Shown: positions 30,337-41,330 of the stretch, piece by piece
Layout: every line of letters begins with the position of its first letter
Position numbering within the stretch: position 1 is the first letter of the stretch
Source of the DNA: an uncultured Planctomycetia bacterium
GTDB taxonomy: Bacteria; Omnitrophota; Gorgyraeia; Tantalellales; Tantalellaceae
Direction: 5' to 3'
Length of the DNA stretch: 64,000 nt
Assembly: GCA_964572255.1 (NCBI GenBank)
Contig: CAZNEE010000001.1
Coordinates: forward strand, 267,587 to 331,586
Translations under genes and position numbers: made by a program
Notes under the pieces: model-generated
What the model was told of the DNA's origin: nothing
What the model saw: the letters and a program-made list of their open reading frames with translations, nothing else
Databases searched by the model: none

Positions 30337-31488
30337 ATGGCAACAAAGAAGAAAAAAAAGATCATTATTCTTTATTCGACCGGCGGCTTGGGGCACAAGA
30401 AAGCGGCTGATGCTATCTTCGATGCGTTCGGTAAGAGAAAAAAAGACGCCGCGGTCGAGATGATCGATGTCATTGAATACGCCAACCGGTTCTACAAATT
30501 CATATATAAGGATTTTTATGTATTTCTCATGTCGAAAGGGAAATTGTTCTGGGGGTTCTTATATTATTTTTCCAATTTGGCCTTCATGGATGCGCTCACC
30601 CGCAAAATACGCCAGATCATAGACCTGAGAAGTCTCGGCGGGCTGAAAGACATGCTGGTTCAAAAGGCCCCCGATGCGATCGTTACCACGCATTTCCTTC
30701 TGCCGAGCATAGCCGGCGTCCTGAAAAAAGACAAAACGTTCCATGCCAGGTTATATACCGTTATAACTGATTACGGGCCCCATGCTTTCTGGCTCACAAA
30801 ATACATGGATAAGTTTTTTGTAGGCACGGAGTCAGTTATACGCGAGATGAAAAAAAGAAAGATCCCCGAGAGCAAGATCTCGGCAACTGGTATTCCCGCG
30901 ATGAAAGAATTCAGTAAGAAATTCAGTGTAAGCAGGCTGCAAAAAGAATATGGACTCGATAAAAAGAGGAAAACGGTCCTCGTTCTAAGCGGGGGATTCG
31001 GAGTGGGGCCTTTAGAGAAGATACTTTTTTCGCTCAATGCGTGCACTGCTGACATTCAGGTAATTACTGTATGCGGGCATAACAAGGCCGCATATAATGA
31101 TATAAACGCTATTAGAGATAAATTAAATTATCCCGTGATCCTTTTTGGGTTTACTGATGAGGTCGCTCAGCTCATGTCGGTTTCTGATCTCATAATAACA
31201 AAAGCCGGAGGGATAAGCGTGACGGAAGCTTTGGATTCAAGTCTTCCCATGATACTTTTCGCGTCCATACCCGGACAGGAAACGTGGAATGAGAACCTTC
31301 TTTTGGATGCGGGGGCGGCGGAGAAGGCGCATTCCGTCAAGGAGATACCGGTTATTGCCAACCGGATACTTTTGTCGGAAGATGTTTATGAAGCTTTGAA
31401 AGAAGGGATAGAAAAGGTGCGTAAGCCCGATGCGGCCGGGAGGATAGTTGATATTGTTCTGGAAGAGATAAAAGAAGCGGGAAAATGA
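30337..31488 (+). CDS. MGDG synthase / UgtP-like diacylglycerol glycosyltransferase (GT28)
   Basis: GLGHKKAA, TTHF, ITDY..H..W, TGIP, GGFG, TKAGG, IPGQE..N. Confidence 0.85.
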   Translation: MATKKKKKIIILYSTGGLGHKKAADAIFDAFGKRKKDAAVEMIDVIEYANRFYKFIYKDFYVFLMSKGKLFWGFLYYFSNLAFMDALTRKIRQIIDLRSLGGLKDMLVQKAPDAIVTTHFLLPSIAGVLKKDKTFHARLYTVITDYGPHAFWLTKYMDKFFVGTESVIREMKKRKIPESKISATGIPAMKEFSKKFSVSRLQKEYGLDKKRKTVLVLSGGFGVGPLEKILFSLNACTADIQVITVCGHNKAAYNDINAIRDKLNYPVILFGFTDEVAQLMSVSDLIITKAGGISVTEALDSSLPMILFASIPGQETWNENLLLDAGAAEKAHSVKEIPVIANRILLSEDVYEALKEGIEKVRKPDAAGRIVDIVLEEIKEAGK

Positions 31489-32207
31489 TGAAAAAAGAAG
31501 AGCTTAAGAATTTCATTAAAAATGTTATAGAATCCGAAAAACTTGCTGGAGTGAGTGAGATCTATTTGACCGATAAAGATCTTAGAAAGAGGGCGAAGGG
31601 GGAAGAGAGATCAAAGGAAAAGAGTGATATAACCTTGAATAATTTCAGGGAAAAAGTTTCGGTTTGCCGGCTTTGCCCGCTTTCAAAAACAAGGACAACA
31701 GTTGTTTTCGGCGAAGGCGATCCTAAAGCTGATCTCATGTTTATCGGTGAAGCTCCGGGGTATGATGAAGATCAGAAGGGCAGGCCCTTTGTAGGCCGTG
31801 CCGGTCAGCTTCTTACAAAGATAATAGAATCCATAGGGTTCAAGAGAGAAAATGTGTATATTGCCAATATATTAAAATGCCGTCCTCCGGGCAACAGGAA
31901 TCCTCTCCCTTCGGAAATAGCTAAATGCTCGCCATACTTATTAAAGCAGATAGAGCTTATAAAGCCTAAAGTCATTTGCGCGCTGGGAAAGTTCGCGGCA
32001 CAGACGCTTCTGAACACGGAAACGCCTATCAGCAAATTACGCGGCAGTTTTCATGATTACAGGGGCATTAAGTTAATGCCCACGTATCATCCGGCATACC
32101 TTTTAAGGAACCCCGCGGGAAAAAGAGAAGTCTGGCTGGACATGAAAAAAATCGCTAAAGAACTCGGGCTTGAGATCACCTCAAGAAGAAAAAAGACAAA
32201 AAAATAA
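31485..32207 (+). CDS. Uracil-DNA glycosylase family 4 (4Fe-4S)
   Basis: CRLCPL, GEAPG, PFVGRAG, KCRPP.NR, TYHPAY. Confidence 0.93.
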   Translation: MMKKEELKNFIKNVIESEKLAGVSEIYLTDKDLRKRAKGEERSKEKSDITLNNFREKVSVCRLCPLSKTRTTVVFGEGDPKADLMFIGEAPGYDEDQKGRPFVGRAGQLLTKIIESIGFKRENVYIANILKCRPPGNRNPLPSEIAKCSPYLLKQIELIKPKVICALGKFAAQTLLNTETPISKLRGSFHDYRGIKLMPTYHPAYLLRNPAGKREVWLDMKKIAKELGLEITSRRKKTKK

Positions 32208-32216
32208 AATTCAAAA

Positions 32217-33134
32217 ATGAACAATAAATTTCCGTATTACATACCTTTCCATTACCGGTTATTTCTGAAGCTGCGGAAGGCTTATCGTCAGACAACGGTT
32301 CGTTTGATGGAAAGAAGCGCCAGAAGAAACGGCCCCGCAGGGATAGTCCCTGATGGTGAGGCTTTCTGGCCTTCAGGAAAAGAGAACTTATTGTTCAATC
32401 CGGAAAACGCTATTAATAAAGCCGGGTTCTGGTTCGAACAGGATCTAGAAAAAAAACAATTGCAGGCTTTAGCTAAGCAAATCGAGGAGCTGAAGGAAAA
32501 GCTCAAGGCAAGAAAACTGTATTTTGCCAATACCGCGGGCACTTTTCTTCAAGGCATAGCGGACATTGATACCGAACGGAGAAAAGTTTGGGAAAATGTC
32601 TGGACGATCTATCATTCCGGGGTAAAACCGGAGCACCGTGTGCTGGATATAGGCGGCGCTTCCACCATATTTTCTTTTTATCTTGCGAGTATCGGCTGTT
32701 CCGTAAGTGTTGTTGATAATGATTGGGGCAATTGCGGAACGATATATAACGCCAATTATGTCGCGAAACAAATGGACTGGGATTTAAAGGCTTATGACCG
32801 GGATGCCGCGCAAACTTTACCTTTTCCGGACGGCCATTTTGGCCGTGTTTTCTCGATCTGCACTCTTGAACATCTTACTTCAGAGGCCCGCAGGTCACTG
32901 ATGAGAGAGGTCGGCAGGGTGTTAAAACCGGACGGCATAGCCGCGCTTACGATAGATTATTGTCATGACCGGCAAATGCTTATAAGCGATAAAGGACTTA
33001 GATTTGCTTATAAAAGGAAGCTTGAAGAAGATGTAATAGCTCCTTCGGGACTCGATATTTTCGGGAATGAGGATCTAAAGGATATATCTTCGGAAAAGAA
33101 TTTTCTCGGAGCTCTCTTTTTGAAAAAACCTTAA
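32217..33134 (+). CDS. Class I SAM-dependent methyltransferase with N-terminal extension
   Basis: VLDIGG, LPFPDG.F, LEHL, RVLKPDG. Confidence 0.8.
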   Translation: MNNKFPYYIPFHYRLFLKLRKAYRQTTVRLMERSARRNGPAGIVPDGEAFWPSGKENLLFNPENAINKAGFWFEQDLEKKQLQALAKQIEELKEKLKARKLYFANTAGTFLQGIADIDTERRKVWENVWTIYHSGVKPEHRVLDIGGASTIFSFYLASIGCSVSVVDNDWGNCGTIYNANYVAKQMDWDLKAYDRDAAQTLPFPDGHFGRVFSICTLEHLTSEARRSLMREVGRVLKPDGIAALTIDYCHDRQMLISDKGLRFAYKRKLEEDVIAPSGLDIFGNEDLKDISSEKNFLGALFLKKP

Positions 33135-33147
33135 ATATTTTAAAACT

Positions 33148-35139
33148 ATGGCACAATTTGTTGAAGTCATAACCAGCTTACCGATCGACCGTACGTTCCA
33201 GTACAGGGTTGCGGGAGGGGAGAGTTTTTCTCCGGAGGTCGGTAAACGGGTATTCATTCCGTTCCGCAGCGTGAAACGTGTGGGCTATATCGTGAAGATG
33301 GAAGAGGAGGCGATAGTTTCAAGCCCCAGGTCGCTTATTGATATCATCGATGAGGAACCGATCTTCACGAAAGAGATGATCGATCTGGCCAGATGGATAA
33401 AAGATTATTATTTTTGCTCATGGGGGGAAGCGCTTGAAGCGATGATACCCGGCGCGCTTAAACACGGTAAAGTTTCCATGGTGCCCAGAATAAAAGAGAG
33501 CAAAAATACTGTGGAACCGACCTCGCCGCATGTCCCGAACCCCGAACAGCAAATAGTGCTGGACGATATAGCGAAGTGCCTCGATGAGGGGAGACATGAG
33601 GTATTCCTCCTTCACGGTATCACCGGAAGCGGCAAGACCGAAATATATCTTCAGGCGATGGAGAGAGTCCTGGGTAAAGGCAAGTCAGGCGTAATGCTTG
33701 TTCCCGAGATATCCCTTACACCGCAGACCGTTGAAAGGTTCATGTCCAGGTTCGGGGACAAAGTGGCGGTTTTTCATTCGAAGATGACCCAGGGACAGAA
33801 GTTTGTGGAATGGCAAAGAATAAGGAGGGGGGAGGCCCGTGTTGTTGTGGGCCCTCGTTCGGCGGTTTTCAGTCCTTTTAAGGATCCGGGCCTATTCATT
33901 GTTGATGAAGAGCACGAACCCACATATAAACAGGAGGATGTGCCAAGGTATCATGCCAGAGAAGTGGCCATAAAAAGAGCGGAGATGGCAAGTGTACCGG
34001 TTATATTGGGCAGCGCGACGCCCGCTCTTGAATCTTACCATAAAGCGATAAACGGCGAATATAAACTCGTAGAGCTCACGCAGAGAATAAAAGAAAAAGA
34101 GCTTCCTCGAGTCAAGCTTGTTGATATGAGGATGGAACTTGAAACGAGATCCGGGAGGGAAGTTATATCAAGCGTAATGGTCGAAAGCTTGCGGAAGGAT
34201 CTCTCCAAGAAACAGCAGGCGCTTATATTTCTTAATAGAAGGGGTTTTTCGACTTTTGTGATGTGCCGTAAATGCGGCTATGTGATAAAATGCCCGAAAT
34301 GTGATTCCCCCATGGTTTTTCATCAGGAGAAGAATGAACTTATATGCCATTACTGCAGTATGAGGATGTATCCGCCTGAAATATGCCCTGACTGCAACAG
34401 CGATTATCTGATGTACAGGGGAACGGGCACTCAAAAAGTTGAATCGGAATTAAAGAAACTGTTTCCTGAGACAAATATCACGCGCATGGATTCGGATACG
34501 ATGACAAAAAGGGGCGCTCATGATAAACTGTTGGAAAAGTTCAAAAAGCATGAAATAGATGTTATAGTCGGTACGCAGATGATAGCCAAAGGGTTTGATT
34601 TTCCTAAAGTGACGTTAGTGGGGGTTGTCTCTGCCGATGCCAATCTGAACCTTCCGGATTTTAGGTCCGGGGAAAGGACTTTTAACCTGATAACACAGGT
34701 TGCCGGAAGGGCAGGAAGAGGTGATCTGGGCGGCGAAGTTATCGTTCAGACATATACGCCGGATCATTATGCCATTAAACTGGCGGCAAAACATGACTAC
34801 AACGGGTTTTATGCTAAAGAGATCGAAGCAAGGCGCCAGTTATTTTTTCCTCCGTTCGTTCATTTTGTAAAGATAGTCGTAAGATCGAAAAAAGAGGAAA
34901 ATGTCGTCAAGTCGATAGAAAAACTTGCGAAACACTTAAAGAGAAATATCAGCGGGCTGGAGTATATAGGCCCCGCGCCGGCGCCTATGGCGAAGGTCAG
35001 AGGTTTTTACAGGTGGAATATCATAATAAGGACAAAAGATAGAGACGGTACTTTAAGGAGTTTAAGGAAAGCTTTGAAAGGGTTTCGCAAGGGATCAGGC
35101 GTATTCATGGCTGTGGATGTCGACCCGATGACCATGTAG
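33148..35139 (+). CDS. priA: Primosomal protein N' (replication restart helicase)
   Basis: GITGSGKT, LVPEISLT, DEEH, SATP, four CxxC pairs, QVAGRAGR, DVDP. Confidence 0.96.
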   Translation: MAQFVEVITSLPIDRTFQYRVAGGESFSPEVGKRVFIPFRSVKRVGYIVKMEEEAIVSSPRSLIDIIDEEPIFTKEMIDLARWIKDYYFCSWGEALEAMIPGALKHGKVSMVPRIKESKNTVEPTSPHVPNPEQQIVLDDIAKCLDEGRHEVFLLHGITGSGKTEIYLQAMERVLGKGKSGVMLVPEISLTPQTVERFMSRFGDKVAVFHSKMTQGQKFVEWQRIRRGEARVVVGPRSAVFSPFKDPGLFIVDEEHEPTYKQEDVPRYHAREVAIKRAEMASVPVILGSATPALESYHKAINGEYKLVELTQRIKEKELPRVKLVDMRMELETRSGREVISSVMVESLRKDLSKKQQALIFLNRRGFSTFVMCRKCGYVIKCPKCDSPMVFHQEKNELICHYCSMRMYPPEICPDCNSDYLMYRGTGTQKVESELKKLFPETNITRMDSDTMTKRGAHDKLLEKFKKHEIDVIVGTQMIAKGFDFPKVTLVGVVSADANLNLPDFRSGERTFNLITQVAGRAGRGDLGGEVIVQTYTPDHYAIKLAAKHDYNGFYAKEIEARRQLFFPPFVHFVKIVVRSKKEENVVKSIEKLAKHLKRNISGLEYIGPAPAPMAKVRGFYRWNIIIRTKDRDGTLRSLRKALKGFRKGSGVFMAVDVDPMTM

Positions 35140-35168
35140 CGGGGACGCCCCATTTGGCGACACCCCGC
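35139..35168 (+). repeat. 30-bp REP-like repeat, copy 1
   Basis: GCGGGGACGCCCCATTTGGCGACACCCCGC; 26/30 identical to 41278-41307. Confidence 0.75.
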
Positions 35169-35206
35169 AAGGTAAAACACAACAAAAAATACTGGATAGG
35201 AGATAG

Positions 35207-36139
35207 ATGAGACTTATTTTTTTCGGGACAGGCAAATTCGGCGTACCGACTTTAAAGAAGCTGTTTTCAAGCGGACATGAAATAGCGGCGGTTGTTTCCC
35301 AGCCTGACAAGCCGAAAGGCAGGGGGTGGAATGTCCAGCCGACAGCGATAAAAGCCGTTACGGAAAAACTTTCTCCGGGATTAGATATACTCCAGCCCGA
35401 AAATACGTCCGACAACGATTTTATGAAATATCTGAAAGGCAAGGATCCTGACCTGTTCGTAGTTATTGATTATGGGAAGTTCTTGAAGAAGGAACTTCTT
35501 GATATCCCTCGAAAATATTGCATAAATCTTCATCCTTCACTTTTACCTAAATATAGAGGAGCAGCCCCTATAAATTGGGCGATACTTAACGGGGAGCAGG
35601 AAACAGGCGCGACGGTAATAAAAATGAACGAGAGGATGGATGCGGGAAATATGATAACACAGGAAAAACTAGATATAGGGGGAAATGATACCGCGGAGGA
35701 TCTTTCCATCAAACTTTCTCAGCTTGGGGCTGATCTTGTATTGAAAGCTCTGAAATTGATCGAAGAGGACGAAGAGAGTTTCATCGAACAGGATGAAAAA
35801 GAAGTTTCATATGCGCCTAAGCTTAATAAGGAACAGGGAAAAATAGATTGGACAAAATCGGCGCTTGAGGTAACAAGAAAAGTGCGGGGTATGCAGCCCT
35901 GGCCGGGAGCGTTTACGGTCCTTGAAGGTAAAACATTAAAGATCAAGAAAGCAAGCATTGCAGAGCCGGAGGATAAGGGTTATCCTCCCGGTACGATCTG
36001 CGATGAGAAAAAATTCATAATTACTGCCGGTGAAGGCGCGATCCAGGTGCAGGAACTTCAGCTTGAAGGCAAGAAAACAATGCAAGTACATGAATTCCTG
36101 CGGGGACATTCTATCAAAAGAGGCGCCAGTCTTTCTTAA
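35207..36139 (+). CDS. fmt: Methionyl-tRNA formyltransferase
   Basis: FFGT, QPDKPKGRG, NLHPSLLPKYRGAAPI, MDAG, PWPGA. Confidence 0.96.
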   Translation: MRLIFFGTGKFGVPTLKKLFSSGHEIAAVVSQPDKPKGRGWNVQPTAIKAVTEKLSPGLDILQPENTSDNDFMKYLKGKDPDLFVVIDYGKFLKKELLDIPRKYCINLHPSLLPKYRGAAPINWAILNGEQETGATVIKMNERMDAGNMITQEKLDIGGNDTAEDLSIKLSQLGADLVLKALKLIEEDEESFIEQDEKEVSYAPKLNKEQGKIDWTKSALEVTRKVRGMQPWPGAFTVLEGKTLKIKKASIAEPEDKGYPPGTICDEKKFIITAGEGAIQVQELQLEGKKTMQVHEFLRGHSIKRGASLS

Positions 36140-36146
36140 AAAACTC

Positions 36147-36175
36147 TTGAATCATACACCCCTTAATTGTATAAT
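36147..36175 (+). promoter_or_regulatory. Sigma70-type promoter of the gap operon
   Basis: TTGAAT (36147-52), 17 bp, TATAAT (36170-75). Confidence 0.7.
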
Positions 36176-36231
36176 GTCCCCTTAATAATTCGGTATATTT
36201 TTAAGAGTTATATAAAAAGTTTAAAAACTAG

Positions 36232-37242
<1,011 letters not shown>

Positions 37243-37252
37243 GGTTGGAGAT

Positions 37253-38431
37253 ATGAAGAAGACTGTCGCTGATGTTGACCTAAAAGGTAAAAGGGTTTTA
37301 ATGCGCGCGGATTTCAATGTGCCTCTTGACGGAAACCGCAATATCACGGATGATAACAGAATCGTGGCGGCCATGCCGACAATAAAATATGTGTTGGATA
37401 ACGGCGGCAAACTTGTGCTCATGAGCCATCTCGGCCGTCCAAAAGGTGAAGTTAAAAATGAGTTTTCTCTTACGCCTGTTGCTGACAGACTTTCCGCTTT
37501 ACTCAAGAAAAATGTAAGCAAAACGGATGACTGCATAGGGGAAGACGTTGAGGATGCAGTTTCGCAGATGAAGGGCGGCGATGTCATACTTCTTGAGAAC
37601 CTCAGATTCCATAAGGAAGAAACAAAAAATGATCCTGACTTCGCGAAAAAGCTCGCATCCCTTGGAGAAGTATTTGTCGAAGATGCCTTCGGAACATGCC
37701 ACAGGGCGCATGCTTCGACTGTCGGGGTTCCGGAGAACCTGCCCGGCGTAGCCGGGTTTCTTGTGCAGAAAGAGGTCGAATATTTTGAAAAGGTGACCAA
37801 ACAGCCAGAAAAACCGTTTTGTCTCGTTCTGGGCGGCGCAAAAGTAGCTGACAAGATCCCGGTCATCGAGAATATGCTGGATAAAGTGGATTATATCTTG
37901 ATCGGCGGGGCCATGGCATACACGTTCTTAAAATCCAGGCTTAAAGGTATAGGAGCTTCAAGGCTTGAAGAAGAGATGATGGATACCGTGAATGATATTT
38001 TCGTGAAAGCAGGCCAGAAAAATGTAAGCATATTCCTTCCCAAAGACCATGTTGTCGCGAAAGAAATGAAAGAGAACGCAAGAAGAAAAGTGGTTAAAGA
38101 AAATATCCCTGACGGCTGGATCGGCCTGGATATAGGGCCGGAAACGATAAAGAGCTATAAGGCTGTTTTAAAGGAATCAAAGACGATCGTCTGGAACGGG
38201 CCAATGGGCCTCTTTGAGATGAAGCCGTTCGCAAAAGGTACGGTCGAGCTGGCAAAATTCATGGCCAATCTTAACGCTACGACAGTTATAGGCGGGGGAG
38301 ATACCGCCGCGGCCGTGAATCAGCTGAAACTGTCTAACAGGATGTCTCATATTTCTACGGGCGGCGGGGCTTCACTTGAATATCTTGAAGGAAAAGTTCT
38401 GCCCGGTATTGCTGTTTTACAGGACAAATAG
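37253..38431 (+). CDS. pgk: Phosphoglycerate kinase
   Basis: RADFNVP, SHLGRP, LENLRF, GGAKV.DK, GGGD, STGGGASL; start moved to ATG 37253. Confidence 0.97.
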   Translation: MKKTVADVDLKGKRVLMRADFNVPLDGNRNITDDNRIVAAMPTIKYVLDNGGKLVLMSHLGRPKGEVKNEFSLTPVADRLSALLKKNVSKTDDCIGEDVEDAVSQMKGGDVILLENLRFHKEETKNDPDFAKKLASLGEVFVEDAFGTCHRAHASTVGVPENLPGVAGFLVQKEVEYFEKVTKQPEKPFCLVLGGAKVADKIPVIENMLDKVDYILIGGAMAYTFLKSRLKGIGASRLEEEMMDTVNDIFVKAGQKNVSIFLPKDHVVAKEMKENARRKVVKENIPDGWIGLDIGPETIKSYKAVLKESKTIVWNGPMGLFEMKPFAKGTVELAKFMANLNATTVIGGGDTAAAVNQLKLSNRMSHISTGGGASLEYLEGKVLPGIAVLQDK

Positions 38432-38440
38432 GAGTTTATA

Positions 38441-39229
38441 ATGAGAAAACCGATCATTGCGGGAAACTGGAAGATGTACAAGAACGTGAACGAGGCTATT
38501 GAATTCGTGAACGAGGTCAAACGTTCCGTTTATGACGTGGAAAATATCGAAATTGTTGTTTGCCCTCCGTTCACAAATTTAAGCGATGTTGGTGAAATGC
38601 TGATAGAGAGTAATATTGATTTCGGGGCGCAGAATTGTTACTGGGAAGCGGAAGGCGCTTTCACGGGCGAAATCTCGGTCGGCATGCTGAAGAGCGTGGG
38701 ATGTAAGTACGTGATCATAGGGCATTCGGAACGCAGAAAATATTTCGGTGAAACGGATGAAACAGTGAACAAGAGAATAAAAGCGGCCATTGACGGCGGG
38801 CTCATCCCGATATTCTGTGTCGGTGAAACGCTGGAAGAAAGAGAAGCGGGAAAAACCTTGGATGTAGTAAAAACTCAAGTGACCGGGGGGCTGAAAGGTT
38901 TTGATGAAGCTTATATTTCGTCTCTGGTTATTGCGTACGAACCTGTTTGGGCTATAGGGACCGGCAAAACCGCAACTCCCGATCAGGCTCAGGAAGTCCA
39001 TGCAATGATAAGGGAGCTCTTGAAAGACATGTATTCGGAATCTCTTTCTAATTCAATGAGAATACTTTACGGTGGAAGCGTCAAGCCGGATAATATCGAG
39101 GACCTCATGAGGGAAGAAGATATAGACGGAGGCCTTATAGGCGGCGCGAGCTTGAAAACCGATAGCTTTGTTGATATAATCAAGAAAACTTCGCAGCTTT
39201 ACGCAGAGAAGGGCGCTGCGATCAAATAA
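38441..39229 (+). CDS. tpiA: Triosephosphate isomerase
   Basis: AGNWKM, GHSERR, AYEPVWAIGTG, YGGSV. Confidence 0.98.
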   Translation: MRKPIIAGNWKMYKNVNEAIEFVNEVKRSVYDVENIEIVVCPPFTNLSDVGEMLIESNIDFGAQNCYWEAEGAFTGEISVGMLKSVGCKYVIIGHSERRKYFGETDETVNKRIKAAIDGGLIPIFCVGETLEEREAGKTLDVVKTQVTGGLKGFDEAYISSLVIAYEPVWAIGTGKTATPDQAQEVHAMIRELLKDMYSESLSNSMRILYGGSVKPDNIEDLMREEDIDGGLIGGASLKTDSFVDIIKKTSQLYAEKGAAIK

Positions 39230-39253
39230 GGAAAATCTCAAAAAAGGAAAAAA

Positions 39254-39619
39254 ATGATATATATCTTGCTGATAATTTTACACGTAATTGCTTGTCTGGT
39301 GCTTATTTCCGTTATTTTGCTTCAGGCGGGAAGAGGCGGCGGATTCGGTGCTGTTTTCGGAACAGAAACCGCCCAGTCGCTTTTAGGTACCCAGGCTCCG
39401 GCATTGCTTAAAAAAGCCACCACAATAAGCGCTATAGCGTTTCTTATGACATCGCTTCTTTTGGGTATGATCACCGCACGTCAGGGAAAATCACTTTTTC
39501 AGCGAATGAAAATGCCTGCTATGCCGGCGGCAGTTCCTCAAGCAGGTGAAGCAGCACCGCAGGTACCGGCAGATGCTCCTTCCGGCGAGGCGGAAACCAA
39601 GGCGCCGGAAGCTGAATAA
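39254..39619 (+). CDS. secG: Preprotein translocase subunit SecG
   Basis: Two TMs with LLQ.G.GG..G..FG; conserved position after tpiA. Confidence 0.9.
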   Translation: MIYILLIILHVIACLVLISVILLQAGRGGGFGAVFGTETAQSLLGTQAPALLKKATTISAIAFLMTSLLLGMITARQGKSLFQRMKMPAMPAAVPQAGEAAPQVPADAPSGEAETKAPEAE

Positions 39620-39653
39620 TATTTTCATAAAATCCGACGGTCTCGTCGTTATC

Positions 39654-41279
39654 GTGAAATATATTAAAAACGTATTTAAAAGATCACCGTTAAAATTAGT
39701 AGCGGTGATCTTTTTTTTATGTTTATTTTTACCGGCAGGGTACTCTCAGGAAGAATGGGTCCCGCGGGATGCTTATGTAAGCGCAAGTATAGGCGAGCCG
39801 AGGGTCCTGGTGCCTTTTCTTGCTGACGATACTTCTTCAAGTTCCATATGTTCACTTGTTTACAACGGCCTTACAAAGGTCGATAAAGATCTTAATATTG
39901 TCGGCAGTCTCGCTAAAAAATGGGATATAACCGATGAAGGTCTTACAATAACCTTTTACCTGCATGAAGGGGTGAAATGGCATGATGGCGAGCCTTTTAC
40001 GGCAGACGATGTCCTTTTTACTTACAGGGCAATGCTTGATCCTAAAGTGGGATGTCCTTATATATCAAATTTCATTGATATAAAGGATATCGTTGTGGTC
40101 GACCCTTATACGATCCAATTCAAGTACAAGCGTCCATACGCTCCGGCACTACTCAAGTTCGGCATGGGGATAATCCCCAAACATTTATTTAAAGACATAA
40201 AAGATATTCGAAAATCCGTTTATGCCAGGTCGCCGATAGGGACAGGCCCATATACATTTTCGATTTGGAAAAGCGGTCAGTATATTATCCTTGAGGCAAA
40301 CCCTGATTATTTTGAACATGCTCCCGGGGTAGAACGTTACGTGTTCAGGATAATCCCTGATCAGGCGGTACAATTCCTTGAGCTTGTATCCGAAGGTATT
40401 GATGCGATGGATCTCAACCCTTATCAGTTCCGCATAAGAAGTAATACTAAAGAGTTCGCCGAAAGAATAGAAAAATACAGCTACCTTGCGCATGCGTACA
40501 CTTATATCGGATTTAACATGAAAGATCCGCTCTTCAAAGATAAGAAGGTCAGGCAGGCATTGAACTACGCTATAGACAGGAAAGAGATCATTGATGCAGT
40601 GCTTTTGGGGTTGGGAGAAGTCTGCACGGGTCCGTTCCTTAAAGGCTCACCTTATTATGATGATGAGATCGCCGGATATGAATACGATCCACAGAAAGCG
40701 GCGCTCTTTTTACGCAATGCGGGATGGAAAGATTCCGACGGAGACGGTATATTGGAAAAAGGCGGCGAGAAATTTATCATCAAACTCGTAACAAACCAGG
40801 GGAATCAAGTAAGAGAAGATGTTGCTACGATAGTTCAAAGGCAGTGGGCAAAACTCGGCATAAAGGTGGATATTCAGGTGGTCGCCTGGGCCGCTTTTCT
40901 GGACCAATTTGTGAATAAAAAGAACTTTCAGGCGGTTATCCTGGGTTGGACTTTGCCGATAGATCCGGATTCTTATACGGTATGGCATTCGGATTCCACC
41001 AGAGAGGGCGGGCTTAATTTTATCTCATATTCGGACGCGAGGGTTGATGAATTGATAGAACTTGGCCGGAGGGAGTTTGATATAGATAAACGAAAGAGAA
41101 TATATCGCCAGATCCATGCGATAATTTCGGAAGACGCGCCTTACGCGTTTTTATTTTTTCCGTATGCTACGCCGGCTATAAACAAAAGGTTCAAAGGCAT
41201 TGAACCCGCTCCCGCGGGGATAGGATATAATTTTATTGACTGGTACGTGCCGGAAGACGAAGTAAAATACAGGTTTTGA
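39654..41279 (+). CDS. Peptide/nickel ABC transporter substrate-binding protein (AppA-like, SBP family 5)
   Basis: VKWHDGEPFTADDV, PIGTGPY, VRQAL.YAIDR; start codon uncertain (GTG 39654 chosen). Confidence 0.9.
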   Translation: MKYIKNVFKRSPLKLVAVIFFLCLFLPAGYSQEEWVPRDAYVSASIGEPRVLVPFLADDTSSSSICSLVYNGLTKVDKDLNIVGSLAKKWDITDEGLTITFYLHEGVKWHDGEPFTADDVLFTYRAMLDPKVGCPYISNFIDIKDIVVVDPYTIQFKYKRPYAPALLKFGMGIIPKHLFKDIKDIRKSVYARSPIGTGPYTFSIWKSGQYIILEANPDYFEHAPGVERYVFRIIPDQAVQFLELVSEGIDAMDLNPYQFRIRSNTKEFAERIEKYSYLAHAYTYIGFNMKDPLFKDKKVRQALNYAIDRKEIIDAVLLGLGEVCTGPFLKGSPYYDDEIAGYEYDPQKAALFLRNAGWKDSDGDGILEKGGEKFIIKLVTNQGNQVREDVATIVQRQWAKLGIKVDIQVVAWAAFLDQFVNKKNFQAVILGWTLPIDPDSYTVWHSDSTREGGLNFISYSDARVDELIELGRREFDIDKRKRIYRQIHAIISEDAPYAFLFFPYATPAINKRFKGIEPAPAGIGYNFIDWYVPEDEVKYRF

Positions 41280-41307
41280 GGGGACGTCCCATTCGGGGAC
41301 ACCCCGC
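41278..41307 (+). repeat. 30-bp REP-like repeat, copy 2
   Basis: GAGGGGACGTCCCATTCGGGGACACCCCGC. Confidence 0.75.
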
Positions 41308-41330
41308 CGATATAAAATGGATCAAAAAAG

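Noticed and set aside
39620-39653. tRNA-Leu, often found after secG
   Set aside because: The gap is too short and no cloverleaf or T-loop motif is visible
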